Below are positions 1-12,117 of a stretch of 64,000 bases of DNA, piece after piece (position 1 is the stretch's first letter; every line of letters begins with the position of its first letter). The DNA is from Mobula hypostoma (lineage: Eukaryota): the NCBI RefSeq assembly GCF_963921235.1, contig NC_086097.1, positions 99,946,001 through 100,010,000 of the forward strand, given 5' to 3'. The translations under genes were made by a program, and so were the position numbers. The notes under the pieces are model-generated. The model searched no databases. It had not been told where the DNA came from and saw only the letters and a list, made by a program, of their open reading frames with translations.

Positions 1-189
1 TAGCATGTCATCCAGAATGGGAACTTCAAAAACCTTTTACGAAAATAATAACCTCTGATAGATTTCCCTGAATTGTAAAACATTTCAGTCGAGGTTATGC
101 CCACTAGTAACAGTGACTGGGTATTTTGATACCATTAGAGAGGAAAGCAACTCTACTGAATAATCATACTTTCAAAAATTTTTCTTTAG

Positions 190-296
190 GCTTTGAGTGA
201 GCGTTTCTGTGGAGAAATAGCAGATGACCGAATGGCTTATAGCTGCTTCTTCCCTGACGAATATTTTACTTGCTCCTGCACATGTCTCAGCTGTGG
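190..296 (+). CDS. ZFYVE1: ZFYVE1 (DFCP1) internal coding exon, first in window
   Basis: tttag|GCT...TGT GG|gtaagt; translates ALSERFCGEIADDRMAYSCFFPDEYFTCSCTCLSCG, matching vertebrate ZFYVE1 as recalled; phase 0 to 2. Confidence 0.93.
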
Positions 297-440
297 GTAA
301 GTGAATATCTATACATCCTGATGCAGGGCTTTGACTGAAAACATTGACAGTTCCTTTCCTCCAGTAGACTCTGCTCAAACCACTGAGTTCGTCTAACAGA
401 TTGTTTGTTGATAATGATACCAGCATTTGCAGTCTTCAGT

Positions 441-502
441 GTGCATGTGTGCGTGTGTGTGTATGTGTATGTATATGTGCATGTGTGCATATGTGTATGT
501 GT
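441..502. repeat. Imperfect (TG)n/(TGTA)n microsatellite
   Basis: gtgcatgtgtgcgtgtgtgtgtatgtgtatgtatatgtgc... Confidence 0.8.
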
Positions 503-688
503 GATCATTCCATGGTCAAAGTCACTTAGATCACATTTCTTCTCCATTTTGATGTTTGGTCTGAATAACACTGAACCACTTGACCTTGTCTGCATGCTTT
601 TATGCATTGACTTTCTGCCACACATTTGGCTGATTAGATATTTACATTAATGATCTTTATTTGCATTAAAGTGGCCATTGAGTGTATA
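503..688 (+). mobile_element. Tc1/mariner terminal fragment
   Basis: Ends in aaagtggccattgagtg-TA, a Tc1-type terminus; the minus strand translates KCDLSDFDHGMI, a Tc1 transposase N-terminus-like peptide. Confidence 0.55.
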
Positions 689-1313
689 CTATTTTTTAAT
701 TGGCCAAAGGAGATTTATTGTGTTGTACATGTGCAGCATGGATGTAATTATCATGAAACCAGAGCATTTGGGGCATAGATATTCCTATAAAACCACACAA
801 ACTTCAACAGTGCAGTCTCACTTTATGGTTGAGCTCATAAAGCAGTGCTGTTGAATGGGATACATTCATTGAAAGGATTAGTCTAATTTGAGCCCGGGCT
901 TCTCACATCTTCAGTCAATGGAACTGTAAAGAAAGAGATGGATGCCAGATGCAAGGGTAGCTGTGATTCTTGCAAGTTAAAGAAAACTTTATTGCATTTT
1001 TGTTAAACTGATCATTTTTTAACTTTGTGATTCCAAAAAAGAGCCCAGAGATTTCAGCTAGTCGGTAAATCCAGGTTGCTGCCAATGACTTTCAAATAGG
1101 TGGTGGTGGAAAGACATTGAAGAAGAGTATATTTGTCCCTCTCCAGATGTTTGGAAGCACAGAAGATTTAAAAGAAAATATAAATTGTAATGGTCAAAAA
1201 TGATGGGCATTTTCTCTTAGTCTGGCAATTGAAATTTTGTAGTGACAAAAGGAACCACTTTGAACACCCAGATATGGTGCCATGCTCAGAGTTATGTTGT
1301 TGGTCTGGTTTAG

Positions 1314-1422
1314 GGTTGGCTGCAAGAACAGTATGAACCATGCAAAGGATGGCATTCGTCATGAAGCTCAAAGCCGCTGCAGCTACTCACACCAATATGA
1401 TAACAGAGTGTATACTTGCAAG
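1314..1422 (+). CDS. ZFYVE1: ZFYVE1 coding exon
   Basis: ttag|G GTT...AAG|gtgagt; VGCKNSMNHAKDGIRHEAQSRCSYSHQYDNRVYTCK. Confidence 0.95.
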
Positions 1423-1727
1423 GTGAGTTTGTTTTCCATTATACTTCTGTTGTTAAACCTAGCTTGCTGAAGAGATCAGTGGATATGCAGAGAAAAGGCA
1501 ATAATTCTACATTGTAAAACAGTTCAGGACCAGCATATTTTATAAATTGTACTTGATTCATGCCTCATAATTCCCTTCCAGAATTATGATGTAAACTTGT
1601 GTTTTTAAAAATCCTTATTGATATCTGTAGAATACCTATATTTATCAGTTGGTTTTGACCCTTATGACAACTTCTCTGCCTGGAGATGTGCTGGGCCAGG
1701 CCAGGTGGATTGTTGAGGGATGGTTTC

Positions 1728-2144
1728 TGTTGTGTGAATTAGGTCACCGGAGAAAGGTACTTGTAGATATGAAGCAGCCTCTTTATTCGACAAAACAAGA
1801 TACAGCAGGATCATATTGAGACGCTTTCATTGCAAAGCACTGGCTGGCCCATGCTACCTGATATTTTATGTGCTAATCATCACAGGACAATTCCATATTT
1901 GCAATTCTTCCACAATGCTTTCTTTGAAACTACACACAAACTTCACACTTCCCGATTTGCATCCACACCAGACATCTATATGAATTTTAATCAGCATTGT
2001 CTGGTCTATGATTCAAGGCTTTTAGGAACATATTGTTCAGAGCTGCATTTTAAATTAAATCTACAATCTACAGTATATTCAGGTTTGATGATTGGTGGCT
2101 GAAGTCATTTGCTAGATGTGCTAAACCCAAAAATTGCTCTAACA
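1728..2144 (-). repeat. 3' LTR
   Basis: Direct repeat of 6273-6695; preceded on minus by polypurine tract AAGAGGAGGGA (2146-2156). Confidence 0.9.
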
Positions 2145-2480
2145 GTCCCTCCTCTTGGCCTTCCGAGACAAAAATAAATTTGTACCAGGAAAAAACAACT
2201 TTAAAGGAGGATCTGCTCAGATAGGGCAGCAGAAATGCTGCACCTCAGAAATCCCCCCCCCCACCATTACTTTATGTGCATCTACATCTACCCTATTATC
2301 CCTAATCGCTACCTACAAGATTGTTCCATAAATTTGATCAACAGTCTTTAGAAATGCAGCTTCGTTCATATGCCTGTTGGCTCTTCCCCTGCTGGCCGAT
2401 TAATCTCATTCCTTGTCTTCACCCCTTCATTCTCTGGTCGTTAAAACTCTCTCTTCCCAGAGGCAACAGAAAGGTAGGTA

Positions 2481-2569
2481 ACATACATCAAAGTTGCTGG
2501 TGAACGCAGCAGGCCAAGCAGCATCTATAGGAAGAGGCGCAGTCGACGTTTCAGGCCGAGACCCTTCGT
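2481..2569 (-). mobile_element. 89-bp Penelope-end insert with hammerhead core, nested in the ERV
   Basis: 14-bp TSD CAGAAAGGTAGGTA at 2467-2480 and 2570-2583; minus CTGACGA-AGGGTCTCGGCCT-GAAA-CG-TC-GACTG. Confidence 0.8.
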
Positions 2570-3129
2570 CAGAAAGGTAGGTACATCAGATTCACAGGCC
2601 CTCTCATCGATGTACAGGAAGTGGTTGGGGTGATCTCTATTTGAGTGACAGCAAGGACTTCTCCCTGGTGGCAACCCCTTCCGAACTGTCCAATCGATCA
2701 CTGGCCTGACTGCTGAAAGGGGCCGGGTTACTTGTATTCACTCCCTGTTCAGGCTGGGGGTGATCGCCTTCAGATGCTGTGTGCAATCTTTCTCAGTCTG
2801 GCATGTCATCGAAGTTGTGGAACCTGTTGTCTGTGCTTTAACTTAAATCTCTCCCCATCTATTTTCCCCAGTATCTTTTTTATTCTATGCTATTCAACGA
2901 ATCATCTACCTTCTAAACCAGCCTTCATTACAGAGTACTACTGCCATCACACTTAAGCGTGCTATTCACGGGTTTCTGTCATGCTCTGGGTGTCTTCTGT
3001 CTGTTCCATCAACTGTGATCAGCTCTGGTGTGACCGGCTGGTGTTCATTTCTTAGATTCTCTGTAATTACACCCTTACTGGGTGCACTTGAGCACCTGCA
3101 CTGTCTGTGAGAGCAACAAGAAGGTGAAT

Positions 3130-4197
3130 CATACGGTTTAACCTGGGTCTAGTGTTTCTACTGGCTGCCTCGCCGAGTCTGCACACAGACTCAAGAGTTA
3201 CTTGTTAAAAGTATTGTCTCTGGTCCTATCCATCTGGGAGCAACCCTTGCCCCTTCAGGCAGCACCCTCACCATGACCTGGTCACCCGGCTGAGGGAGGA
3301 CTATCTCCTTTCCCTCTGGCTCTCTCTGATCAACAATGCGCTGCTGTAGCTTTGCTCGGTCTTTCAACACCTTAAGTTGGTTACACAGGTCTTTCACACA
3401 CTGTCATTCTATCCCTGTAAGCCCCAGGCTCACCGTACCCTGTAATTACCCCATCAGAGGAATTGCATTGCCCGCACCATCAATAATTCATAGGGGCTGA
3501 AACCCAGCGTGCAATTTGGGGTTGCTCGTAATCTCATCAGGATTCCTGGAAATACATCAACCCATGTCTTTCCCGTCTCAGCTATAGCTTTGGTTGTCGC
3601 TGATTCCTGATTGTTTGGCTCATCCTTTCTACCATCCCTGAACACTAAGGGTGGTAAGGTTGGCGGAACCGTTGTCGAATCCCTAATGGTCGGCACATCA
3701 CTCCCCCTATGAAACGTGCTTCCTGATCAGAATCCACTTGGACTGGGGTTCCCGGCCTTGGCAGGATTTCCTGAACTAGAATCCATGCAGCAGTGCGGGC
3801 GGTGCAGTCCCTTGTTGGGAAAGCCTCTACCCACCGGGTGAAGTGATCCATAATTACTAGACAGTAACTTTTCCCCCTGCTTTTGGGTAGGAGCCTCGTG
3901 AAGTCTATCTGAATGTTGCCAGCTGTAGCTTTCTGCCCTTACCAGGGTTATGCTGGGCACAAATGATACAACACGGCAGAATTTCTCAACATCCCTGCCC
4001 CTCACTGGCCGCCAGCAGCCCTGCTGGAGAATTGTGATTATACTCTGCCTTCCCTGATGCATCACCCTATGATATAACTTCAGTAGTATCTGCCTAATAC
4101 GTGGTGGGGCCACCGTGACTCCTTCCTCCCTGTGTATCCAGCTCCCATCTAGTCCCTCCTTTGCCCCTTTTCTCCTCTTCTGCATCCACCTCTTCAT
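3130..4197 (-). pseudogene. Integrase remnant (frameshifted)
   Basis: HHCC-like (YHRVMHQG...FCR), core DHFTRWVEAFPT/DSDQ, LRATPNCTLGFSPYELL, C-terminal PQPGDQVMVR...PRWIGPETILLT. Confidence 0.85.
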
Positions 4198-4299
4198 ATC
4201 ATTTTACTAAACTGGCTTCAGTAGTTTCTTCGTGGTATGTTCTTCCTGCTCTATTTCCATTTAGCTCTCGTGTGCCTCCCCCACTGTTAGGATGATGAT

Positions 4300-4947
4300 C
4301 GTGGGATTCAATCCGGCGTTCCTAACTATCATTACTGTCTTGTGAACAGCGGTCAGTGCGTCAGTTTTTATAGGGTACTGCTTATGAGGTTTATGCAGGC
4401 CCCGCTCTATTTTAACTGGGTTTATCTTTACTCGACCACAATTTTACTTGAGTCTAGGCCACACTGCTGGGAACTGCTGACAAAGTAACCCATAGACATC
4501 ATCCTGGCTTCAGTCTCTGATCAGAACAACTGCGGCTATGCTGGCTAGGTTGTGTACTCTGATGGTTGTTTGTGTTTGCTGCCCCTGACTTGTCCATATT
4601 ATTTCTCCCTTTCCTGTTCCTGTAATGGCCCCTCCTTCCCTGAAGATGACTATTCCCAGGATAGTACCGTCATTATTTGGGCAGACCCAGAAACACACTG
4701 GAGGCTGTACCTTGTCGATTTCGAGTATTTCCAACTCTGTTCTTTCTGATTTTACTCTTTTCCCTCTGACACCTGTAATATAAATAGCCTGCCCGGTTGT
4801 TGGAAAGGGTAGTTCAATTATCAATACCGATGCCCCTGTGTCCACTAACACATGGCATTGCTGGTCCCCTAACAATTTGTTGTGTACATTTGCGGGACAC
4901 CAGTGCAGTACACAGTGGGGGCCTCCGCCACATCTTTTTCTGCCCAA
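4300..4947 (-). pseudogene. Aspartic protease plus first ~50 aa of RT
   Basis: VLVDTGASVLII...TILG; then FPAVW..*NCGRVKINPVKIERGLHKPHKQYPIKTDA. Confidence 0.8.
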
Positions 4948-5049
4948 GAAGCCATTTTCATCAGCTCTATGGTCTGATCGATAGTCAGATTGGACAAACT
5001 GGGTGCTGACAGGGTGAGCGATTGCCTACCTGCCATGACTTTCGCCTGG

Positions 5050-5866
5050 TTTTCTTTCCTCTGTTTTTGGATACTGCCTCCAACAGGCCACAGCTATAGC
5101 CTCCCACATCTATTCCAGCAGTTCCTTGTTACATGCCCTGGCTGCTGGCACACAAAACACCCTCTGTGAGGTCGCAGCAGCTGCATCCACTATAGCCACT
5201 TTACCATTTCTCTTGTACTTCCTTTGGTCTATCTCACTGGCTCGTGAAGATATCACAGAGTAGGTCGGCTCTACTGCAGTCCCCAAGTCTAAAACTTCCT
5301 GGTGGGCCTTCATTCATCATTTTCAGGAAGACTGGGTCATCGGTCCCTGGATTATCCAACCCTGAATACTCCTCATATGTTCGATATTTATGTTCTGCAT
5401 AATCCATAGCTGTTTCATCAGCTCTTTGAATCAATGCCTTTATCGTTCCCCAGTTATTTTCACCTCCCCCCCCCCGATCATTGCCTCACTTCCCCTTTAA
5501 AAGAGTGATATCTTTCTTCATTGCTGGCGTTCCTGTGTCTCCTGGGCCATACTGTCCCCCATATTCCTCAGGCACTTGGCCAACATTTGTATATCCTTAG
5601 GTTGCATCTGGTGAATTTCAGTCATTTCCTCGAGCCTGTGCCAGAATTCTGAATTCCCACATGTGACTTTAAGTGAGGGCAACTCTGACAAAATGTCGTT
5701 TCTTCCCGGAGGTGAAGGGCTTATGAATGGTCGTAATCAGAGTCACGGGCTGTCTCAGATCATCAGGGTTCTTGACCTGATGTTGCCTGACCTCAATATG
5801 TGCCATCGTGACAGGAATATCTGGGTAAAACCTCTCCCTGAAATACCTCCATACTAATGTCCACAC
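5050..5866 (-). pseudogene. gag remnant
   Basis: Broken ORFs 5669-5866, 5234-5434, 5110-5313; MHR-like motif and degraded Cys knuckle near 5070-5120. Confidence 0.65.
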
Positions 5867-6249
5867 TGCGCAAAATATAAATGATGGGTATCAGATAAAC
5901 AGTGCATACTTAAAACAACGGAGTATGGACTCTGCAATCTGCCACTTCTGAGCACCTGAACTGAAGATGCCTGCTGTATTCCTTTGCATCACACTCGCAA
6001 AACACATATGCTAAAATGCAGCCCCGGGAAAGAGTATACACTTACGTCCCAAACCTTCAATAACTACCCTTCACAACTGGTGGCTCCATCTTACCAAATT
6101 AACACACACAGTTTTGTCTCTTACATAAACATGCATGCACTTGTGCACACTCTCCTTTTATATCTATAGAAATGTGAGTGCTAATTTTAAAAATACTCAC
6201 TTATTCAGACTGCTAAGGTTGCAGGCCACACGATGGGTCACCCAAAGGT

Positions 6250-6268
6250 ATCCCTGTCCTGACACCTA
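6250..6268 (-). promoter_or_regulatory. Primer-binding site, tRNA-Leu-like (degenerate)
   Basis: Minus TAGGTGTCAGGACAGGGAT just inside the 5' LTR; resembles TGGTGTCAGGAGTGGGAT. Confidence 0.55.
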
Positions 6269-6272
6269 ATGT

Positions 6273-6695
6273 TGTTGCATGAATTGGGTCACCAGAGAAA
6301 GGTACTGGTAGGTATGAATCAGCCTCCTTATTCGACAAAACAAAATACAGCAAGAATCATATTGAGACACTTTCAGCGGAAAGCTCTGGCTGGCCCACAC
6401 TACCTGATATTTTATGTGCTAAACAAAAAAAAAGGACAATTCCATATTTGCAATGTTTCCACAATGCTTTCTTTGAAAGTAGACACAAACTTCACACCTT
6501 CCATTTCGCACCCTCACCACAGACGTCTATATAAATCTTAATCAGCATTGTCTGGTCTGTGATTCAAGGCTTTTAGGAACTATTGTTCGGAGCTGCATTT
6601 TAAATTAAATCTACAACCTACAGTATATTCAGATTTGAAGATTAGTGGCTAAAGTCATTTGCTACATGTGCTAAACCCAAATATTACCCTTTACA
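6273..6695 (-). repeat. 5' LTR
   Basis: Direct repeat of 1728-2144 (roughly 85-90% by eye); inner boundary could be 6270. Confidence 0.88.
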
Positions 6696-7469
6696 GCTTC
6701 CACAATGCTCACATCAAGCCTTGAGTAGTGTTGCCCCTGGTTTGGGCCATGGATGGTGAAGAATCCATGTTTTCTCTTGTGCTCTTTCCATCCAAAATCT
6801 GTTCCTGAGGTCACAGCTTCCTGTTGAACTTTGCCCACTGGGTACCTGGAGAGCTATATATTTTCCTTCAAGGCATGAGGGAATGTCCACTCAAGGAAGG
6901 TCAGATGTTTGTGGTTAAGTATCTCCTGGACTTTCAGGTCGTTTCATCAAAGCAGTTCTGGTGTTCGGTGTTGGAGAAGTCTAGAGTCTGTTCACAGGTG
7001 CTAATTATGGTGCAGTCTAGACATGTGGACACTGCAGCTTCCACTGGCAATGGGTCTTTCAGTATCTGTCAGCTCTTTTAACAGTTTCTTGTGGCGATAT
7101 TTCTGACTCAGTACTTTTGATATTTTCATCAGTTAAACCACAGTGTAAATGTATATTTGTGTACAATTTCCACATAGAGTTGCATTTTCGTTTGTTAAAA
7201 ATTAGCTCTTGTGTCACATTCCGTTGTTTATGGCATGGACATAGCTCCATGTTTTATGTAATAAATGCTTGTTGGAACAAGATGAAGTTTGAGTGAGGAA
7301 CAAATTTTGCCAAGCTCTGAATTGTAGATCGGGACACCGTTCGTCCTTTGCCTTTATCTTACTACATCTTAATAATATATTGTTGTGTTCATGTTTGTAT
7401 TAAATCCATTTCCAATAACAAATTAATTGCCATGAAGAATGTTGATTTGGTGAATTCATTCGTTATTGT

Positions 7470-8220
7470 TGAAGCTGAAGTTTATTGTCATGGTCACACC
7501 ACCTATCAAGGGTATAAATGCTATGAAAATGAGCTTTTTGCAGTACATTACAAACATAAATTAACATTCTTTATACATAACATACACAATAAAATAAGCT
7601 AAAACATTATGCCAATAGTGCAAGATGGGGGAAATGTTGTCCAAGGTAGAATTAGGGGTTTTCAACCTGGTTCAAGAGCCTAGTGGCAATGGGAAGAAGC
7701 TGTTGCTGAACATCAGTGTGCATCTTTAGATTCTGGTCTCTCCTGCATGATGGAAACAGTGAGTAGAGGGTATAGTCTGGATAGTTAGTTCCCTGATGGT
7801 GATGAATGTTGCCTTCCTAAGAAATCATTATTGGGAGGAGAGCTGTATCCATGAGAGAACTGGTAAGTCCACTATTCTCTGTAGCCTCTTGTGTTCCTGT
7901 GCATTGTAGTTTCCATACCGGGTGGTGATGCATTGTGCCTATCTAGCAGTTTGACAGAGTCTCTGACATGCCAGATCTTCTGAAACTTCTAAGAAAGTAG
8001 AGATGCTGGTGCATCTGCATGTTGGGTTCAGGATAAATGCACCTATGAACTTGAAGCTGCTCACCCTTTCCACTTCAGGCTCTTCAGTGAGGACCAGTGT
8101 TGGTTCACCTGATTTCCTCTTCATAAAGTCCGCAATCAGTTCCTTTGTTTTCAGATGTTGAGTGCAAGGTTGTTATGACACCACTTACCCTGCTGACCTA
8201 TCTCACTCCTATATGTTGAC
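7470..8220 (-). mobile_element. Rex1/Babar-type LINE 3' fragment, degraded
   Basis: EVERVSSFKFIG motif (ORF 7939-8124); similar to 43170-44190. Confidence 0.6.
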
Positions 8221-8770
8221 AGCAGTAGGATAGTACTGAAGGTGGGCTTGGATTCTTTATTCTATATTTGCACAATTACCATTAGCTTAGTTTGATAATT
8301 TTGCTTTTTTTTTAGAATTTATGCTGTTGAGATTTTCAGTTTTTTTTATGCCACATCATTAGGTAGAGGTTTTCCTCTTGAAGGCCTGTTTCCATGGGGT
8401 TGAGCTACCTACAATCTTACACTAGCAGCAAGTTTCAGCAGGTTATAAAAGCATAAACCTTATTTCAGTTTCACCAGTTTTCCACTTTCCAGGAAGGATC
8501 ACATGATGGTGATTTTAAAAGCCTTGATATGAGCTGCCTTCCCCAATCCAGAAGCCAGTTACGGTGTGCTTGCTGCTCAGGCAGACATCAGCTCAGTGCA
8601 AAATAGTACTTTGCCATGAAGCCAGGCAGCAGCTGAGGGGAAGGACTTTCTTTTTCAATAACCATTATCACTGATGAATAGGTCTAAAATGATAAATAAA
8701 TACTATTCTTTCTGGGCGGTAGGGAATGTTTGAAACTGGAAACCACAATGAAATGATGGTTTTATTACAG

Positions 8771-8868
8771 GCTTGCTATGAGCGTGGAAAAGAAGTCATT
8801 GTGGTGCCAAAAACATCTGCCTCCACAGACTCTCCTTGGTTGGGCCTCGCCATATATGCCTGGTCAGG
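8771..8868 (+). CDS. ZFYVE1: ZFYVE1 coding exon
   Basis: tacag|GCT...TCA GG|gtgagt; ACYERGKEVIVVPKTSASTDSPWLGLAIYAWSG. Confidence 0.95.
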
Positions 8869-9070
8869 GTGAGTTTCTACACCTTCTAACTTAATACCAA
8901 GACCTCAGCCATCCTGACAAGCCCCACTAGAGCAGATGTGTGGTTCAGAACCACCAACAAAATATTGTTGAAATTAAGCTGACAGTGTATAGTCTTACAG
9001 CATTCCAGTTTAACAGTTTTTTTAGATGTGAATATATTGAATAAGTTACTGAGTTTATTGCCCCTTACAG

Positions 9071-9188
9071 GTATGTGATTGAGTGCTCAAACTGTGGGAT
9101 CATTTATCGGAGTCGACAGTATTGGTTTGGTAACCAGGATCCGGTGGACACTGTAGTAAGAACAGAAATTGAACATGTTTGGACAGGA
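9071..9188 (+). CDS. ZFYVE1: ZFYVE1 coding exon
   Basis: tacag|G TAT...GGA|gtgagt; YVIECSNCGIIYRSRQYWFGNQDPVDTVVRTEIEHVWTG. Confidence 0.95.
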
Positions 9189-9779
9189 GTGAGTACAGCT
9201 AATTACATCTCTCCTTGTGCACATGCATGTCTACATTTTGTACTAGACTTGTGATCCAAACTCTGTATGTGGTGTAGCTAGAAGAATTGATGTCTCATAC
9301 TTCGATGATCTCTTTATTCTATTATTTATGATTATTAATCAAAAGTACTCTTCGCTACTTTTCTTCCCCAGTTTTGAAGGGTTTCAGCCTGTGACTTTAG
9401 ATTGTTTCTTTTTCCGAACAGCTGCTTGACCTGCTGTTCCCAGCACTTTGTTTTTACAGCAGGCTCATTAACTTTACAGGTCGTTGTGCAAATGCTGGAA
9501 TTTCCTAACAAAAGGAAAGCTCAAGATGATCAAGTAGACTGAACATGAATTTATTAAGTTGGCTCTTGACCTTCAGTTGACCTTGCCGAGACCTTGCACC
9601 TTATTGTGAGCGTGCACTGCACTATCTCAGTAACTGCAATCATTCATTCTGCATTCTGTTATTGCTTTTACCTCAGCACCGGTGTGCTGAAATTATCTGT
9701 ATGGATGGCAAGTCAACACAAGTTTTTTCACTGTATTTTGGTATATGTAAAAATAAAATAAACCAATTTACCAATTTAA

Positions 9780-10790
9780 AGGGAAATTATCTTTGAAAAT
9801 GTTGAGTTTGAAGATGCAATAAACAGAGTGGATACAGAAAAATCGATAGAATTGCATATTTGGATTTCCAGATGGAATTTAATAAGGTGTTGAATAAAAG
9901 GTTGCTGCACCAGGTGGTCATATATTGGCATGGACAGGGATTGGCCAACTAACAGAAAACAGGTTGGCAGCCAGTAACCAGTGGGGTGCAGAGGAATCAG
10001 TGCTGGGCTTCAGCTTTTAATAAACTTCATTGAAGGCGTGGATGGTGTGACTGCATTTTTTGAGAATGTGAAGACAAGAGTGTGAGTAAGGTGTGAGGAG
10101 GACAGAAGTACAATGGAATATCAGTAGGTTATCTGAGTGAACATGCAGTTGGCAGATGGAGTATAATGTGAACAAATGTTACCTACTCCTTGGAAAAATG
10201 AAAAACAACAGGGTTTTCGACCCATGGATGAGATTATAGAATGTTGTTGTACAGATAGATCTGGGTGTCCTAATCCACAAAACACAGAAGGTTAGCATGC
10301 AGGGACATCAGGTTATTCGGGAGGTGAATGTATATCATTGACTGTAGTTGCAGGGAGATGGTTTTTGCTGCAGCTTTGCAGGGTAGTGCTGAGACTGCAC
10401 CTGAGCAGGCTGCCTGCTCTACCGAAGGAAACACGTACTTGCATAGTCCCAAGATGAAGGAGCTGATAAGTGAAAAAAACTTGAATAGTTTGGACTTGTA
10501 CTCTTTACAGGTGATCTTCTTGAAATATTGACAGGGTGGATGATAATGTTTTCTCTACTGGGATTTCTGCAACTCAGCTATCAAAGTAAAGGTATGTAGA
10601 GGACAAAATAGAGGAATGTCCTCTCTGAAGATGAAGAAGCTTTGGAATTTCATAGTCCAGAGAACTGTTATCAAAGTGGAGATTGAACTATAAGATTCGC
10701 CAGAGATATGGGGGAGCACTTGGTGTTAAGGCTGTTAATATCAATCAATATCTTATTGAATGATGGAGTTGTTCATAATGTTATGTTCTT
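9780..10790 (+). mobile_element. CR1 LINE fragment, highly degraded
   Basis: RT-region and 3' UTR similarity to other CR1 copies here (tcttattgaatgatggag...gttatgttctt). Confidence 0.6.
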
Positions 10791-11532
10791 ATACTGTAGT
10801 GTTATTTATTAAGTTATGTATTGATGAGGTTTATGCATACAATTCTCTAGTTATCAACATTGCGGGAAGAGCTCATATGGTTTCATATATAAAAGTAATT
10901 TATTAATTACATTTTCAGAATCATTCATTCCATCAAATTCCCTTTCCGACCCACTCCACTCACCAGTTCCATTCACCCACTACAAATATGTTTCATACAT
11001 GTGCTTCCTGCTCCCCCCCCCCAATCTGGTTTTGGTTCCAGCCCCCCAAGTGACTTCTGTCATTGACTGTCCTTAGCTTAGCGGTTTCCGTTGTGTTCCT
11101 GCTCACCACTCTCCAGCCTTCACACTCACCCCCTACCTTGCTTACCTGCTTCTCAATTGTCCTCTCTGTCTGCCTTCATCTGTCATTCACCTGTCACTGT
11201 GTATCCCCTCCAATCTCCTATCTGTCATCTCTCATCCCTCCTCAGTCTACCAATCACCCTGGGCTCCTGTCTCACCATTCCTCCTTTTCCGCTTTATATC
11301 GGCCATCTCCCCTCTTCATTCTCAGTCCTGATGCAGTGCTTTGATCCTAAGTGTCAACATTTCCTTTCTCTGCACAGACACTATTCAGTCTGCTGAGTTT
11401 CTCCCTCCAGCAGGTTGTTTGTTGCTTCAGATTCTAGCATCTGCTTTCTCCTGTGTCTGCACTTAGCTGAAGAGGTCCTTCTGGAAGGAAAGAGACCCTT
11501 TGGCCAACCAGTCCATGCCGACCAAGATTCTC

Positions 11533-11661
11533 ATCGATACGAGGAAATCTGCAGATGCTGAAAATTCAAGCAACACACATAAAAAATGCTGGTGAAAGCA
11601 GCAGGCCAGGCAGCATCCATAGGAAGAGGATGGATTCTTCCTATGGATGCTGCCTGGCCTG
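11533..11661. mobile_element. Fold-back Penelope-end mini insert
   Basis: TSD CAAGATTCTC at 11523-11532 and 11662-11671; internal inverted repeat gcaggccaggcagcatccataggaaga / tcttcctatggatgctgcctggcctgc. Confidence 0.75.
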
Positions 11662-11897
11662 CAAGATTCTCGTGGAAGTTAGTCCTCTTGGCCTGCATTT
11701 GGCCCATATCTCTCAACCTTTCATATCTATATACAGTACCTGTTCAGAAAACTTTTTAAATCTTGTTAATATCTTTCAAGACACCAGGATGTAGCCAAGC
11801 ATTTTCAGTGTCCTTGCCAGCTATTACCCTTTTCCTGCTATTTATTTTAACTTGCTGACAGCTTGTTTTAAGTTTTTCCCTCCCTGTATAATTGATC

Positions 11898-12117
11898 TGT
11901 AACACTGTACATTATATATGCCAACACTGTATAACACTATAAATGCTAACACTATATAACACTACGTTATATACACTAACACTATATAACACTGTACATT
12001 ATATATGCCAACACTACATAGCACTGTACATTATATACTCCAACCCTATACAGCACTGTATGGTATATACAGCAACACTATATAACACTGTTATATACAC
12101 TAACAGTATAAACACCG
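11898..12117. repeat. Degenerate AT-rich tandem repeat (acactgta/tatataac units)
   Basis: Repeated acactgtacattatatatgccaacact / tatataacact blocks just upstream of the 12146 acceptor. Confidence 0.7.

Larger units (their letters stand above)
1728..6695 (-). mobile_element. Endogenous retrovirus-like LTR element (gag-pro-deleted RT/RNaseH-integrase), decayed
   Basis: Two ~420 bp direct repeats with TG...CA ends; 5-bp TSD GTTTC/GCTTC; PBS and PPT; gag MHR-like IQRADETAMDYAE; protease LVDTGAS; integrase DHFTRWVEAFP...DSDQ and PRWIGP. Confidence 0.9.

Noticed and set aside
320..430. Additional hammerheads at ~326, ~9370, ~11326, ~30960 and ~35080
   Set aside because: Old Penelope-end relics with broken CTGANGA/GAAA cores; not supportable as ribozymes.
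2157..3100. Intact env gene
   Set aside because: No open frame, furin site, CX6CC or transmembrane segment was recognisable.
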